A stretch of 64,000 nucleotides of DNA from positions 2,592,001 through 2,656,000 of the forward strand of contig CP147779.1 of the NCBI GenBank assembly GCA_037308085.1, in the 5' to 3' direction. Both the position numbers and the translations under genes were made by a program. The stretch comes from Promethearchaeati archaeon SRVP18_Atabeyarchaeia-1. Its GTDB lineage: Archaea > Asgardarchaeota > Atabeyarchaeia > Atabeyarchaeales > Atabeyarchaeaceae. Position 1 is the first letter of the stretch. Every line of letters begins with the position of its first letter. Positions 26,665 through 36,765 of the stretch are shown piece after piece. Below the pieces are notes generated by a model. The model ran no database searches. It was not told the origin of the DNA and was given only the letters and a program-made list of their open reading frames with translations.

Positions 26665-27198
26665 TTAGGCGTGCTTCACGAGTTTTTCGATCAGCATCCT
26701 AGCAACTTCCTTGAAGGCTTCGGGGACATTCTCTCCGGTCTTGGCGGAAGTCTCCATGAACTTTGCCCCTATCTTGCCTGCGAATTGTTCGCCTTCGTCC
26801 TTGCTTATTTTCCTTTCAAGGTCTATCTTGTTCCCGACTACGATGATTGGAAGGTCTCCGCTGACAAACTTTTTCACGTCGTTGACCCACACCTTGGCGC
26901 CCTTCAGGGTCTCCGCTCTAGTTACGTCGTAGACTACGAATGCCGCCTTGGCTCCCCCATAATACTTCTCTCTAACTCTGCTGAAAATCTCCTGCCCAGC
27001 AATATCCCATATCAACAAAGTGACGGCGTAGTCGTCGATTAGGTAGTCGTTTGACGTGATGTTCGCACCAAGGCTCGGGATATAGTTCTCCCTGAAAGAC
27101 GAACTTGTGTGCCTTGCGACTATGCTTGTCTTGCCAACGGCAGGATCACCTATAAACACAACCTTGAAGACGTGTTTAGCCCTGAGAATAGTTTCCAC
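26665..27198 (-). CDS. Rab-like small GTPase
   Basis: GDPAVGKTS, WDIAGQE, YYGGA, VYDVT, GNKID, ETSAKTG. Confidence 0.92.
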   Translation of the reverse strand: METILRAKHVFKVVFIGDPAVGKTSIVARHTSSSFRENYIPSLGANITSNDYLIDDYAVTLLIWDIAGQEIFSRVREKYYGGAKAAFVVYDVTRAETLKGAKVWVNDVKKFVSGDLPIIVVGNKIDLERKISKDEGEQFAGKIGAKFMETSAKTGENVPEAFKEVARMLIEKLVKHA

Positions 27199-27385
27199 CC
27201 TCTACTGCATTAGCTGTAACTGGAATAAGTTAGAGACCTTTCGATATATAGGTTTTTATGCTTTTTGAGTGGATCCCAGGAGGCTAGATCACACGCTGTT
27301 AAGACAACGAGAACAGCTACTCCAGTAACCCAGGGATCTGACCCAAAGAGGTATTCGGACCGGGGCGCTTCAACTGTAGGTCCAA

Positions 27386-27877
27386 TCACTCCACGTTGGC
27401 GCCGCAATTCACACAGAACCTTGCTCCTGGGTGGAGGCTCGCGCCGCACAAGTGACAAAAGCTCGCTTGCCTTCTAGTAGGCGTGTCAGGTGCCTTACCG
27501 AGCTCCGTGCCAAAAGATATACGTCCACTCTTGGGATCAAAGTAGGCGTCTGTCGATCTCTTTGTCCTGAGATCCGTTATTACTCGTCTTACACTTCTCT
27601 CCGTCATCTCTACTTCCTCAGCGAGGTCTTGGACTTCGACCGCATTTTTCTTGTGCCCCTCAAGTGCAACCCCTACAATTCTCTGTGCATCGAATCTTTC
27701 CTTGATAATTATCAATGCAATTATCATCATAAATCCCCCAAACCCGAACAAAGAACCCATTATCGGATTGAGGTTGAAAGGCGTTGAGACAATACTATCG
27801 TACGTTCCAGCAAGAAGCGATATTGCAAAGAGAAATATCAGGAACCACGGGAATTGAGGATAAGTGCGTCCAGTCAA
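27386..27877 (-). CDS. 2-TM membrane protein with wHTH and C-terminal Zn ribbon
   Basis: Two TM helices, VQDLAEEVEMTERSVRRVI, CHLCG...CVNCG. Confidence 0.75.
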   Translation of the reverse strand: MTGRTYPQFPWFLIFLFAISLLAGTYDSIVSTPFNLNPIMGSLFGFGGFMMIIALIIIKERFDAQRIVGVALEGHKKNAVEVQDLAEEVEMTERSVRRVITDLRTKRSTDAYFDPKSGRISFGTELGKAPDTPTRRQASFCHLCGASLHPGARFCVNCGANVE

Positions 27878-28280
27878 GGCTTATACTCTCCTTCACGCAG
27901 GGATACCGCGCGCCAAAGTGTAACCTATTCTGCAGGCTTATTAAGCGCTTGGCGGACCTTTAAGTTAATGATTCGAGAAGGCTAGAATAAACTTCGGACT
28001 CTGTCTGGTTTCACGCTTGGACGCTGCCTTTCTTGGTGTTAGCATTAGGCGTTAGGCACTTGGAACTAGTGATGATTGCTCTAAACCTTTATATTTGGGG
28101 TGTACTCACCGTTCATCTGTTACTGATAGGAAGACACGCAGAGGAGAATGGTCTCTGGATGAAGTCAATTGCCATTGCGTGGCTTCGGCTGTGAAGAGAT
28201 GATTGGTTCTTGCGGAAACGTCTATTCGCCGATCTTGTTTCACGGCTAATCCACAGGTAGGTCAGTTTTGAGGGGCGTGT

Positions 28281-29927
28281 TTGGTTTTGGGCTACAACAA
28301 AGGAGAGGAATTCGTCAGCCTCTTCAACGCCATCAAGAGACTGCGATCAAATAAGAATGTCCTGCAGCCAACCGTCGAAGAACTCCGGGAGGGCGCCGAG
28401 AAGATTGGAACCCTTACCGAATTCGGTAACTACCATTTCTCCTCGAACGTCAAAAACAGAAGCGCCGGCCTTACAGTCTACGTTGGCAGTGAAGAGATAC
28501 CGCAGAAGAACTTGAATAAGCAGCAGACAGAGATAGTCAAGAACATGCCTAGAACCCTTCAACTGGTCAACAAGTACATTCAGCGCGCTCCACTCTTCTA
28601 CATACCTTTGACCATGGGGCAGAATGACGTGTTCACTCCCCATTGCGACTTCATCCTATCCCGCTACAAGTCTGATTATGTGCGTCTTGCTTACATGGTC
28701 TACCAGACGCTCTTTCCTCGCGCAAGTACTCCAGGACCTCAAATGTATCTGGTAGATTTGCCAGAGTGGCAGGAGCAGGACAGGCAGATCTTGGTTTTCC
28801 CCGACGAAGGGCTTACTCTAGTCCTGGGAAGTGACTACTATGGCGAGGTCAAGAAGGGTTTTCTCAGGATGGCTATGTGGTTCACAAAGAAGAAGGGGGG
28901 GCTTGGGCTTCACGCTGGTGCGAAATCTATTAAGGCTCGAGACAGGTCAGGTAAGCTAAGAGATATTGGCATGATAATCTTTGGTCTCACTGCAACGGGT
29001 AAGACGACCCATACTGTCCATAACCATGGTCTGACTGGTCCGGGGGAAGGTGTGAAAGTAATCCAGGATGACGTCATATTCCTGCACCCAGATGGCTCTG
29101 CGTACGGATCTGAAAGAGGCTTCTACATCAAGACCGAGGGGTTGAAACCTGAGACACAGCCCCTCCTCTATAAGGCTGCAACCTCCAAGGACGGCATCCT
29201 AGAGAACATCATGGTCGACTACAAGGGAAAAATGTATTTTGAGGACGAGACCCTTACAGGCAATGGAAGGGGAATCATTCAGCGCACCGACCTCGGGGAA
29301 TTCATGTGTGAATCGCTAAATCTTCTACCCGTAGCCAGACTCGACAGACTCATCCTTGCTTTCATAACACGGAGAAATACCGTTCTACCGATAGTTTCGA
29401 AGCTGTCGACTGAGCAGGCTGCTTCAGCATTCATGCTGGGAGAATCAATTGAGAGCACTGGCGGAGATCCGAAGCGAGCTGGCGAGTCAGTGCGAGTAGT
29501 TGGCACCAATCCCTTCATAATAGGTGATGAGGCGAAAGAGGGAAACTGGATTTACGACTTCATAGAGAGGAATGAAGAAAAGATCGAGTCCTATTCACTG
29601 AACACCGGTGGAGTCGGCGAGATTCTTGAGAAGGCTCCTGACGGCACGAAAGTCATCAAGCAGAAGGTCCTCCGAGTCCAGATACCGGAAATGAGTGCAA
29701 TTATAGGGGAAATCTGCAGGGGCACGATTGAATGGGTTGACGACCCCCACTTCAATACGAAAATACCGAAAAAAGTTCCAGGCGTGGACATGAACAAGTT
29801 CGACCTCAAGAACTTCTACTCCTCGCAACAGGTAGATGAATACGTGAAAGCATTAAGGGCCGAGAGACTACAATACATCAAGCAGTTTAAGGGACTGAAC
29901 CCGGCTATTGTCAAGGCGTTGGAGTAG
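28281..29927 (+). CDS. pckA: Phosphoenolpyruvate carboxykinase (ATP)
   Basis: YYGEVKKG, LHAG, FGLTATGKTT, QDD, NGR, LNTG. Confidence 0.9.
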   Translation: MVLGYNKGEEFVSLFNAIKRLRSNKNVLQPTVEELREGAEKIGTLTEFGNYHFSSNVKNRSAGLTVYVGSEEIPQKNLNKQQTEIVKNMPRTLQLVNKYIQRAPLFYIPLTMGQNDVFTPHCDFILSRYKSDYVRLAYMVYQTLFPRASTPGPQMYLVDLPEWQEQDRQILVFPDEGLTLVLGSDYYGEVKKGFLRMAMWFTKKKGGLGLHAGAKSIKARDRSGKLRDIGMIIFGLTATGKTTHTVHNHGLTGPGEGVKVIQDDVIFLHPDGSAYGSERGFYIKTEGLKPETQPLLYKAATSKDGILENIMVDYKGKMYFEDETLTGNGRGIIQRTDLGEFMCESLNLLPVARLDRLILAFITRRNTVLPIVSKLSTEQAASAFMLGESIESTGGDPKRAGESVRVVGTNPFIIGDEAKEGNWIYDFIERNEEKIESYSLNTGGVGEILEKAPDGTKVIKQKVLRVQIPEMSAIIGEICRGTIEWVDDPHFNTKIPKKVPGVDMNKFDLKNFYSSQQVDEYVKALRAERLQYIKQFKGLNPAIVKALE

Positions 29928-29959
29928 TGAGGACAACTGATAATTCTGGGTGACTTGGC

Positions 29960-31018
29960 TTGAGAGCTCTCGTGAAGTATGCAAGGGGAGAGGGAAATAT
30001 CGAGCTGCGTGACATTAGTGAGCCTGAGTGCAGGGCTGGGGAAGTCCTGGTAGAAGTCGAGGCAGCTGGGATCTGCGGAACGGATGTCCACATTCTCCAC
30101 GACCAGACCTTCTACGCGCCTCCTGTAGTAATCGGACACGAATATTGCGGCAGAGTCATAAACGTGGGCGAAGACGTTCACGGCATAGAGGTTGGAGACA
30201 GAGTAACGAGCCCAGCAACTGTCCCGTGTGGCGAGTGCTATCTATGCAGGACAAACCACCAGAACCGCTGTACGGGATCCAATAAGAAGATTCTTGGTGT
30301 TTCCGGGGCTAATGGTGCATTCGCACAACTGATGGTTGTTCCGACAAAGATTATCCATAAGGTTCCCGACAGGGTTTCTTCAGAATCTGCGGCCCTAGCT
30401 GAGCCGATAGCGTGCGTCGTTCACGCCGCGATTGAGCGAGTAGAGATCAAACCTGGTGAGAGCATCGTCATCCAGGGTCCGGGTGCAATTGGTTTAATAG
30501 CGACCCAAATCGCGGCTATACAAGGTGCAGGGCAGATAATAGTAACTGGCACGAGCGCCGACAAGGAGCGCCTGGAAATAGCAGTGAAACTTGGAGCAGA
30601 CATAGCAGTCAACGTCGAGGAAGAAGACCCCGTCAAAGTAGTCAGTGACTTAACCACAGGCCTGGGTGCGGATGTCGTGCTGGAAGCATCTGGTTCTCCC
30701 GCCGCTCGCAGGCAGGCATTCGAACTAGTGAGAAGGTGTGGAAAAATCGGGTACATCGGTCTGACGGGGAGAACCAAAGAAGAGGCCAACTTGGACAATG
30801 TTGTTGAAAAGGAGCTGAGCATCACAGGTTCTTGGGGAACTGTCTGGACAAGTTGGAGGACGACTCTGGCACTTATGGCATCGGGGAAGATTAGAACTGA
30901 CCTCCTTATTTCTCACAGGTTGCCTCTCGAGGACTGGAAGAAGGGTTTCGATCTGATGGATAGCAAAGAAGGGTTGAAGATCCTACTGAAACCACAAGAA
31001 AGAATAGGAGAAAACTGA
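29960..31018 (+). CDS. Zn-dependent polyol/alcohol dehydrogenase
   Basis: GICGTD, GHE, CGECYLC...C, GPGAIG. Confidence 0.92.
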   Translation: MRALVKYARGEGNIELRDISEPECRAGEVLVEVEAAGICGTDVHILHDQTFYAPPVVIGHEYCGRVINVGEDVHGIEVGDRVTSPATVPCGECYLCRTNHQNRCTGSNKKILGVSGANGAFAQLMVVPTKIIHKVPDRVSSESAALAEPIACVVHAAIERVEIKPGESIVIQGPGAIGLIATQIAAIQGAGQIIVTGTSADKERLEIAVKLGADIAVNVEEEDPVKVVSDLTTGLGADVVLEASGSPAARRQAFELVRRCGKIGYIGLTGRTKEEANLDNVVEKELSITGSWGTVWTSWRTTLALMASGKIRTDLLISHRLPLEDWKKGFDLMDSKEGLKILLKPQERIGEN

Positions 31019-31081
31019 TCAATCCCTATTCACCCCTGAATCATTCCTCTCAATATTGGATGTCGCCGCAGGTGGTTTCTG

Positions 31082-32608
31082 TTGTCCGAGTGCATGTTCC
31101 TTGGAGTCGATGTCGGAACGGAAGGTACGAGGGCCTCGATCTATGACTCCGAAGGAAAGCTGTGCGCCAAGGCGGATCACCCTTTGACAACCTATAGGCC
31201 AAGGTATAACTGGATTGAACACGACGCAAGGGAATGGTGGCTCGCAGCATGCCACGCCATAAAGGAATGCATCAGCAAGGCCCCTTCGCCAGGATTCGTT
31301 AAGGCCGTTTCTGTCTGTGGCACTTCGGGTACGATCGTGCCAATAGGTGACCACGGGGAACCCCTCAGACCCGCTATACTCTACTCTGACACCCGGGCTA
31401 CCCAACAGGCTGAAGACTTATCTCGTGACTCTGAAATCAAGGAGCTGGGAAGAAGCCAGAGCTCCAAGATGGACGCATCAGGTGGGCTTGCCAAGATCCT
31501 TTGGATCTGCCAGAATGAGCCTGAAGTGTTTGGAAAGACGTTCAAGTTTCTTTCGACTACTGATTACATTGTGCTCAGATTAAGCGGTCGGGTTTGCTGT
31601 GACTACTTCAACGCCGCAAAGACCAGCCTTAATCTCCTGACGAAGCAGTGGGCTAGGGGCACCCTTGAACGATTTGGCATACCTATTCGACTGTTGCCCG
31701 ATCTCAAGGAGCCGGGCACAGCTATAGGTGAAGTGACTGAGCTGGCGGCAAAGCAGACAGGGCTGAAGGAAGGAACTATGGTTGTCGCTGGGGCAACTGA
31801 TGGAATTGCCGGGTTCATTGCATCGGGGGCCGTTGAGCCAGGACAAGCTTGCGAAGTCACCGGTACGACTCAGGTCTTCCATGTAACCTCCGATAAGTTG
31901 ACACCTGATCCCATGGGAAGGATCTATTACCACGTTCATCCGAAACCAAGTTGCTGGATAGCTGGAGGAGCTTCGTCTGGAGGAGGAATCATTCTGAGAT
32001 GGTTCCATGACAACGTGTCTCCTCACATATCCTTTGAGAAACTAGATGAGGAAGCTGAGAACATTGAGCCTTTGTCCGGAGGACTTATCTGCGAGGCTGC
32101 GATGACAGGCGAGCGAGCGCCCAGATGGGATCCATATGTTTCAGGGATGCTGATCGGGCTTACGCCCAAAACGACTAGCGCTCACATATATCGAGGCATG
32201 ATGGAGGGCGTGGCTTTTCTGCTCAAGGCGATCATCGATGTCTGCCACGAACTCAAGATTCCGGTGAACGAACTTAGATCTGCAGGCGGTGGTGCGAAAA
32301 GCAGGATCTGGCGGCAGATCAAGGCTGACGTTCTGGGCAGGGAAATAGTTGTCCCAGAAGATCCTTCGTCCACGCTGGGCGTTGCCATGCTTGCGTCCAT
32401 TGGAGCTGGCGTTCATAGAGACATATTTGAAGCTGCGAGGAACATGGTGAAGATATCCGAAGTGACGAAGCCCGATCTTTCGAAGACTAGGATCTATGAG
32501 GAGGGCTTCGATATCTGCAAGTCGTGCTACTCGGCCCTAAGGAATTCAAAGATCTATGAGAGGTTGGCTGAACTTCGAATGAGAGCACAGGATCAGCCTA
32601 TCCAATAG
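31082..32608 (+). CDS. FGGY kinase (xylulokinase-like)
   Basis: GVDVGT, YSDTRA, GERAP, GGGAKS. Confidence 0.88.
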   Translation: MSECMFLGVDVGTEGTRASIYDSEGKLCAKADHPLTTYRPRYNWIEHDAREWWLAACHAIKECISKAPSPGFVKAVSVCGTSGTIVPIGDHGEPLRPAILYSDTRATQQAEDLSRDSEIKELGRSQSSKMDASGGLAKILWICQNEPEVFGKTFKFLSTTDYIVLRLSGRVCCDYFNAAKTSLNLLTKQWARGTLERFGIPIRLLPDLKEPGTAIGEVTELAAKQTGLKEGTMVVAGATDGIAGFIASGAVEPGQACEVTGTTQVFHVTSDKLTPDPMGRIYYHVHPKPSCWIAGGASSGGGIILRWFHDNVSPHISFEKLDEEAENIEPLSGGLICEAAMTGERAPRWDPYVSGMLIGLTPKTTSAHIYRGMMEGVAFLLKAIIDVCHELKIPVNELRSAGGGAKSRIWRQIKADVLGREIVVPEDPSSTLGVAMLASIGAGVHRDIFEAARNMVKISEVTKPDLSKTRIYEEGFDICKSCYSALRNSKIYERLAELRMRAQDQPIQ

Positions 32609-32722
32609 GATGGATCGAAGTAGTCTGCACCCGATTATCGGAGAGTCCTTTTCAGTACGGTGAAACTCTGCCTAGGATTTCTTGCTAAGCCCATGCGCAC
32701 ATCTTTGTCGAGGCTGAAAAGT

Positions 32723-33067
32723 CTACTTCGTTCCCCACTTCTCAATTGACTTCATTACGATGGGAACTTGCGTTGCAGCTGGTCCCCCGCCCATTACGAT
32801 CGCCGCAGCACATGCCTCCATTATTTCCGGCCTCGTTGCGCCCGCCTCAATTGCCTGTCTGGTGTGGTGAACCATGCATGCCTCGCAGTGGGCGTAAACC
32901 GATATCGCTACGCATATAAGCTCCTTGTGCTTGGCCGAGAGAGCGCCGTCCTTATGCACGGTTCCCAAGAGATTAGTGAAGGCTTCTCGTGTTTCGGGTA
33001 TCTCTTTTCTCATTTTCGCAAAGTAGGTTTCAAATTCTCTGAGGATTTCTTCAACCTGCTCGGGCAT
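32723..33067 (-). CDS. Carboxymuconolactone decarboxylase/AhpD family protein
   Basis: GALSAKHKELI, HCEACMVHH; start moved to MPEQ. Confidence 0.88.
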   Translation of the reverse strand: MPEQVEEILREFETYFAKMRKEIPETREAFTNLLGTVHKDGALSAKHKELICVAISVYAHCEACMVHHTRQAIEAGATRPEIMEACAAAIVMGGGPAATQVPIVMKSIEKWGTK

Positions 33068-33167
33068 CTGTCGAACACACCCCTTGGTTCTTAAGCCCAA
33101 CATGAGGGCAACAATCGTGTTTTCATCTTGAAACGAACAACTATAATAAACTGCTTCTTCTCGAACC

Positions 33168-34031
33168 TCACTGTTCGCGCTGACTGGGGGAGATCATGAT
33201 TTCACTATGCTTCCTTTCAGCGATTTCCTTCGAGAGGAGAAGCTCAGACCCAAGCATCCTGCCGGTCCGGAGTTCTATGCCAAGGTTTTTGGCGAAGCCA
33301 ACCTTGATTGCATCCTTGACCTCCTCGAATGTAACGCTCCTGCCGAGCTCGGCTTCTATGCTGGTCACCTCTCTCCGATTACTCTTCACAAACCTTCTCT
33401 GCTGGGACAGGGAAGTGTAGGGCGGAACATCAAGGACCTCCCTAAGCCTTGACAAGTCAGAACTTATGAGAAGAGTGCCGTGGACAAACACTAGGGTCCG
33501 CTTGACGATTCCCGCAGTTCCTGAGATCTTCTTACCATTGATGTGTATGTAAGCGCCTTCCTGCTCGAACTCAGCATTCAGCCCAAGTGTTCTTAGTCCT
33601 TCAACCACCCCTCTGCACAAAGTCGGCGTGATTTGCGCTATTATCCCAGGGATGATGGGATTATCGCGCCTTACGGCGATTGAATAGTTTAGGTTGCCAC
33701 CGTCATTGTATACTGTTCCGCCGCCGGTAAATCGTCTCACGACTGTGAGAGAGTATTTTCTGCATGCCTCCTTGTTCACCTCTAACTCGGGGATCTGGAA
33801 CCTGCCAATTACAGCAACAGTGCCTGTGTTCCTCCAAAACCGGACGGTGTTGGGCGCTTCGCCAGTGCTGACCTTCTCGACTATGGCCTCCTCGATTCCC
33901 AAGTTGAGCACAGGATCGTCGCACTCGGTCTCCAGCAGTCGCCAAACCTGCCTCTTCCCAACCTCTTCACGCTTGTCCCCTCGAACAATTTGACTTCCTT
34001 TCTCTCCATGAAGTTTCAGCATGGCTACCAA
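33168..34031 (-). CDS. Lipoate-protein ligase family protein (catalytic domain only)
   Basis: RRFTGGGTVYND, GKKISG, HGTLL; next to E2. Confidence 0.88.
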   Translation of the reverse strand: MVAMLKLHGEKGSQIVRGDKREEVGKRQVWRLLETECDDPVLNLGIEEAIVEKVSTGEAPNTVRFWRNTGTVAVIGRFQIPELEVNKEACRKYSLTVVRRFTGGGTVYNDGGNLNYSIAVRRDNPIIPGIIAQITPTLCRGVVEGLRTLGLNAEFEQEGAYIHINGKKISGTAGIVKRTLVFVHGTLLISSDLSRLREVLDVPPYTSLSQQRRFVKSNRREVTSIEAELGRSVTFEEVKDAIKVGFAKNLGIELRTGRMLGSELLLSKEIAERKHSEIMISPSQREQ

Positions 34032-34086
34032 TTCAGTTCGACCTGAGTCCTCTGAACACGTTAGTCTAGATGCAGCATACCCACTA

Positions 34087-35397
34087 CTAGTATCTTAGCG
34101 CGAAGGGATCCTCGAGTATTTCCTTTACCCTCTGGAGAAACTCGGCTGCTGGCGCTCCGTCGATAACTCTGTGGTCAACTGCCAATGCCAAGAAGGCCAT
34201 GGGTTTGACCACGATCTGCCCTTTGTCGTCCACAACCGGTTTTTTGGTTATCTTGCCTACGGCGAGTATTCCGCTTTCAGGCGGGTTTATTATAGGTATG
34301 AATACGTCTACGCCATACATCCCTAAGCTTGTGACCGTGAATGTTCCACCAGACATCTGTTCGGGCGAGAGCTTTCCTTTCTGCGCGTTGTCTATCAGCA
34401 TGCTAAGTTCCGCGCTAATCTCGGCTATCGAGAGTTTGTTGGCGTTGTGGACAACTGGAACGATTAATCCGTCCTTTGCCGCAATTGCCACGCCCACATT
34501 GATCTCATCGAATGTCTTCAGTGTGCATTCGTCCAGAAGTGTCGAGTTCACGTTGGGGAATTCCTCGAGTGCCTTCGCCGTGACCTTCACAATTATGTCG
34601 GTGTACGACAACTTCGATCCAGTTCGCTTCTCGACTTCTGACATCAGTTTCTCTCTTAGCTTGACTATTTCAGACATGTCTGTTTCCATTATGATTGTTA
34701 TGTGAGGAGCGGTTCTTGCGCTATGGCACATTCTTTTGCCAATGACCCTCCTCGTGTGAGACAGAGTTGCAACGTTTTTTACTTTTCTTGAGTCGCTCGG
34801 GATGGCCGATGCTTCCGGCGAAGGTCTCACAACTGAAACTGCAGCACCTGATCCTGAGAACGAGAGTACATTTCGAGCAACTATTCTTCCATTTGGACCT
34901 GTTCCCGTTATCATTCGCAGGTCCAGATTACCCTCCCTAGCGATTCTTCTTGCAGCAGGCGAAGCTCTAACCCGCCCTGGGACCCCCCCGACATCGTGCA
35001 AGCCGCGAGGTGTATCAAGCCCTGTCGACATGGCACCTAGCGATGGTTGAGAAGGTGTCACCATTCTGGGCGGTTGACCCAGGGTTGCTGTAGCGGGCGC
35101 AATAGCGGCCACTTCTCTTCCAAGCTGGTTGAGGTAGCTTGAGATATCCTCTTTGGGCTCGCCAATCAACGCAATCACGGTGGATACGGGGACATCAGTA
35201 TTCTCGCCGTACATAACCTTAAGCAGAAGACCTGCTGCAGGGGAATCAAGATCCACTTCCATTTTCTCGCCAAACACTTTGACAACGACTTCCCCTTTCT
35301 CAACAGCATCTTTTTCCTTCTTATACCACTTGAGTATTGTTCCCTCCTTCATCCCGAGGCTGAAGGCCGGCAGAATGAGCGGTGTGACCATATGCAT
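34087..35397 (-). CDS. pdhC: 2-oxoacid dehydrogenase E2 (dihydrolipoamide acyltransferase)
   Basis: Lipoyl domain, ASPAARR..GTGPNGRI, PIINPP, DHRVIDG; substrate specificity not established. Confidence 0.9.
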   Translation of the reverse strand: MHMVTPLILPAFSLGMKEGTILKWYKKEKDAVEKGEVVVKVFGEKMEVDLDSPAAGLLLKVMYGENTDVPVSTVIALIGEPKEDISSYLNQLGREVAAIAPATATLGQPPRMVTPSQPSLGAMSTGLDTPRGLHDVGGVPGRVRASPAARRIAREGNLDLRMITGTGPNGRIVARNVLSFSGSGAAVSVVRPSPEASAIPSDSRKVKNVATLSHTRRVIGKRMCHSARTAPHITIIMETDMSEIVKLREKLMSEVEKRTGSKLSYTDIIVKVTAKALEEFPNVNSTLLDECTLKTFDEINVGVAIAAKDGLIVPVVHNANKLSIAEISAELSMLIDNAQKGKLSPEQMSGGTFTVTSLGMYGVDVFIPIINPPESGILAVGKITKKPVVDDKGQIVVKPMAFLALAVDHRVIDGAPAAEFLQRVKEILEDPFALRY

Positions 35398-35557
35398 CGG
35401 ATCTCCAGAGTCTCTTTCAGCTAAGCGAATACATTCACTTGCATTAAAAGATTAACTGTACGACTCGATGAGCAGAAGAACCGCTGCGTGATGATAGTTT
35501 CATTACGAGTTTGCTAAAGAGTTAAATTAACATTTCCCCTTATAGTTCAGAGAATTC

Positions 35558-36535
35558 ATGAAGGGTGTCGATATCCAAATGGGGAACGTCGTGGTGGCGC
35601 TTGGCGATGCAAATATAGATATCTGCATGATTGGCGGCGGACCTCCTCGGCCCGGGCATGAGACCCTGGTTCAAGACATGGTGATCTCGCCCGCAGGCTC
35701 CACTGGATACTTTTCAATGGCAATTTCAAAGCTTGGAGACGAGTGCCGATTCGTAGGCCGCCTTGGAGGGGACTACTTTGGCAGATATGTTCTCGACAAG
35801 ATGAAGTCATTCGGCATAACGACAAATTACGTCAGAATTGATCCCGACGTCCCGACCGGTGTCACCGTCTCGGTCGTCTCAGAGGGAGGCGAGAGAGCGC
35901 TTGTATCTTACTTAGGTCCCACTGAGCTCTTCAACATGGCTGACATTGATGAAAGGGCGTTAATGGGGGCGAGGCATCTTCATATTGGCGGCCTTCCGCT
36001 TCTAAAGGCTTTGCAGCCCTCTGTCCCAGTTCTCTTCATGAGGGCGCGGAAAGCAGGGATGACTACCTCGCTGGATACGGGATGGGATCCAAGTGGGCGT
36101 TGGGACATCAATGAGGCCCTTCAGTGGGTGGACATCTTCCTCCCAAACGAGGAAGAGGTAGAAGCCATCACGAATGAGAAAAACATCGGCCGAGCCGCAT
36201 CGAAGCTTCTTGCTAAGGGTCCGTCCACCATTGTCATTAAGCGAGGAGCTCTCGGATGTACCGTGGCCAATCGCGAGAGAAGCGTGGACGTTCCTGCCTT
36301 CAAGGTTAATCCTGTAGACACTACTGGTGCTGGAGACGCATTCGACGCGGGATTCATATTCGGCTTCCTCAGAGGGAAGCCTTTGCTGGAATGTGCAGAA
36401 TACGGGAACGCTGCAGGCGCGCTGAAAACGCTGAAGCCAGGTTGCGATGGCCTGCCAGATCTCAGATCCGTTGAGTCACTGATAGGCGGTGGCAAGATAC
36501 CAGAGCTTGGCGCAGTTAGAACGGCAAGTCGCTAG
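35558..36535 (+). CDS. PfkB family carbohydrate kinase
   Basis: PNEEE, DTTGAGDAF. Confidence 0.9.
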   Translation: MKGVDIQMGNVVVALGDANIDICMIGGGPPRPGHETLVQDMVISPAGSTGYFSMAISKLGDECRFVGRLGGDYFGRYVLDKMKSFGITTNYVRIDPDVPTGVTVSVVSEGGERALVSYLGPTELFNMADIDERALMGARHLHIGGLPLLKALQPSVPVLFMRARKAGMTTSLDTGWDPSGRWDINEALQWVDIFLPNEEEVEAITNEKNIGRAASKLLAKGPSTIVIKRGALGCTVANRERSVDVPAFKVNPVDTTGAGDAFDAGFIFGFLRGKPLLECAEYGNAAGALKTLKPGCDGLPDLRSVESLIGGGKIPELGAVRTASR

Positions 36536-36765
36536 TTACCAGTTAGTTTCTCCTGTCAAAGAGAGTAGCGCGCTCCATTTCAGAGGAGAGAATTGGTTCC
36601 AGAAGGTGTATAGGGAGCGCGATGCCTGCGTGGCAGCAATAATAACAAGGCTTTTTAGCAACAAAGCGCACATAGACTACGGTATTCGCCTAAGGGCTAT
36701 CGCGAAGTCTGTTTCCAGGCAGTGACCTGACTTGACTTTCAGATTAGTGTAGCTAGGGGAACACT

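Noticed and set aside
28069-28126. C/D box sRNA (GTGATGA...CTGA)
   Set aside because: There are no convincing internal D'/C' boxes, and the interval contains the probable pckA TATA box.
28195-28235. Eukaryote-type SECIS (AUGA...GA)
   Set aside because: The helix above the putative quartet does not pair, the element is 5' of a gene, and no in-frame TGA selenoprotein was seen nearby.
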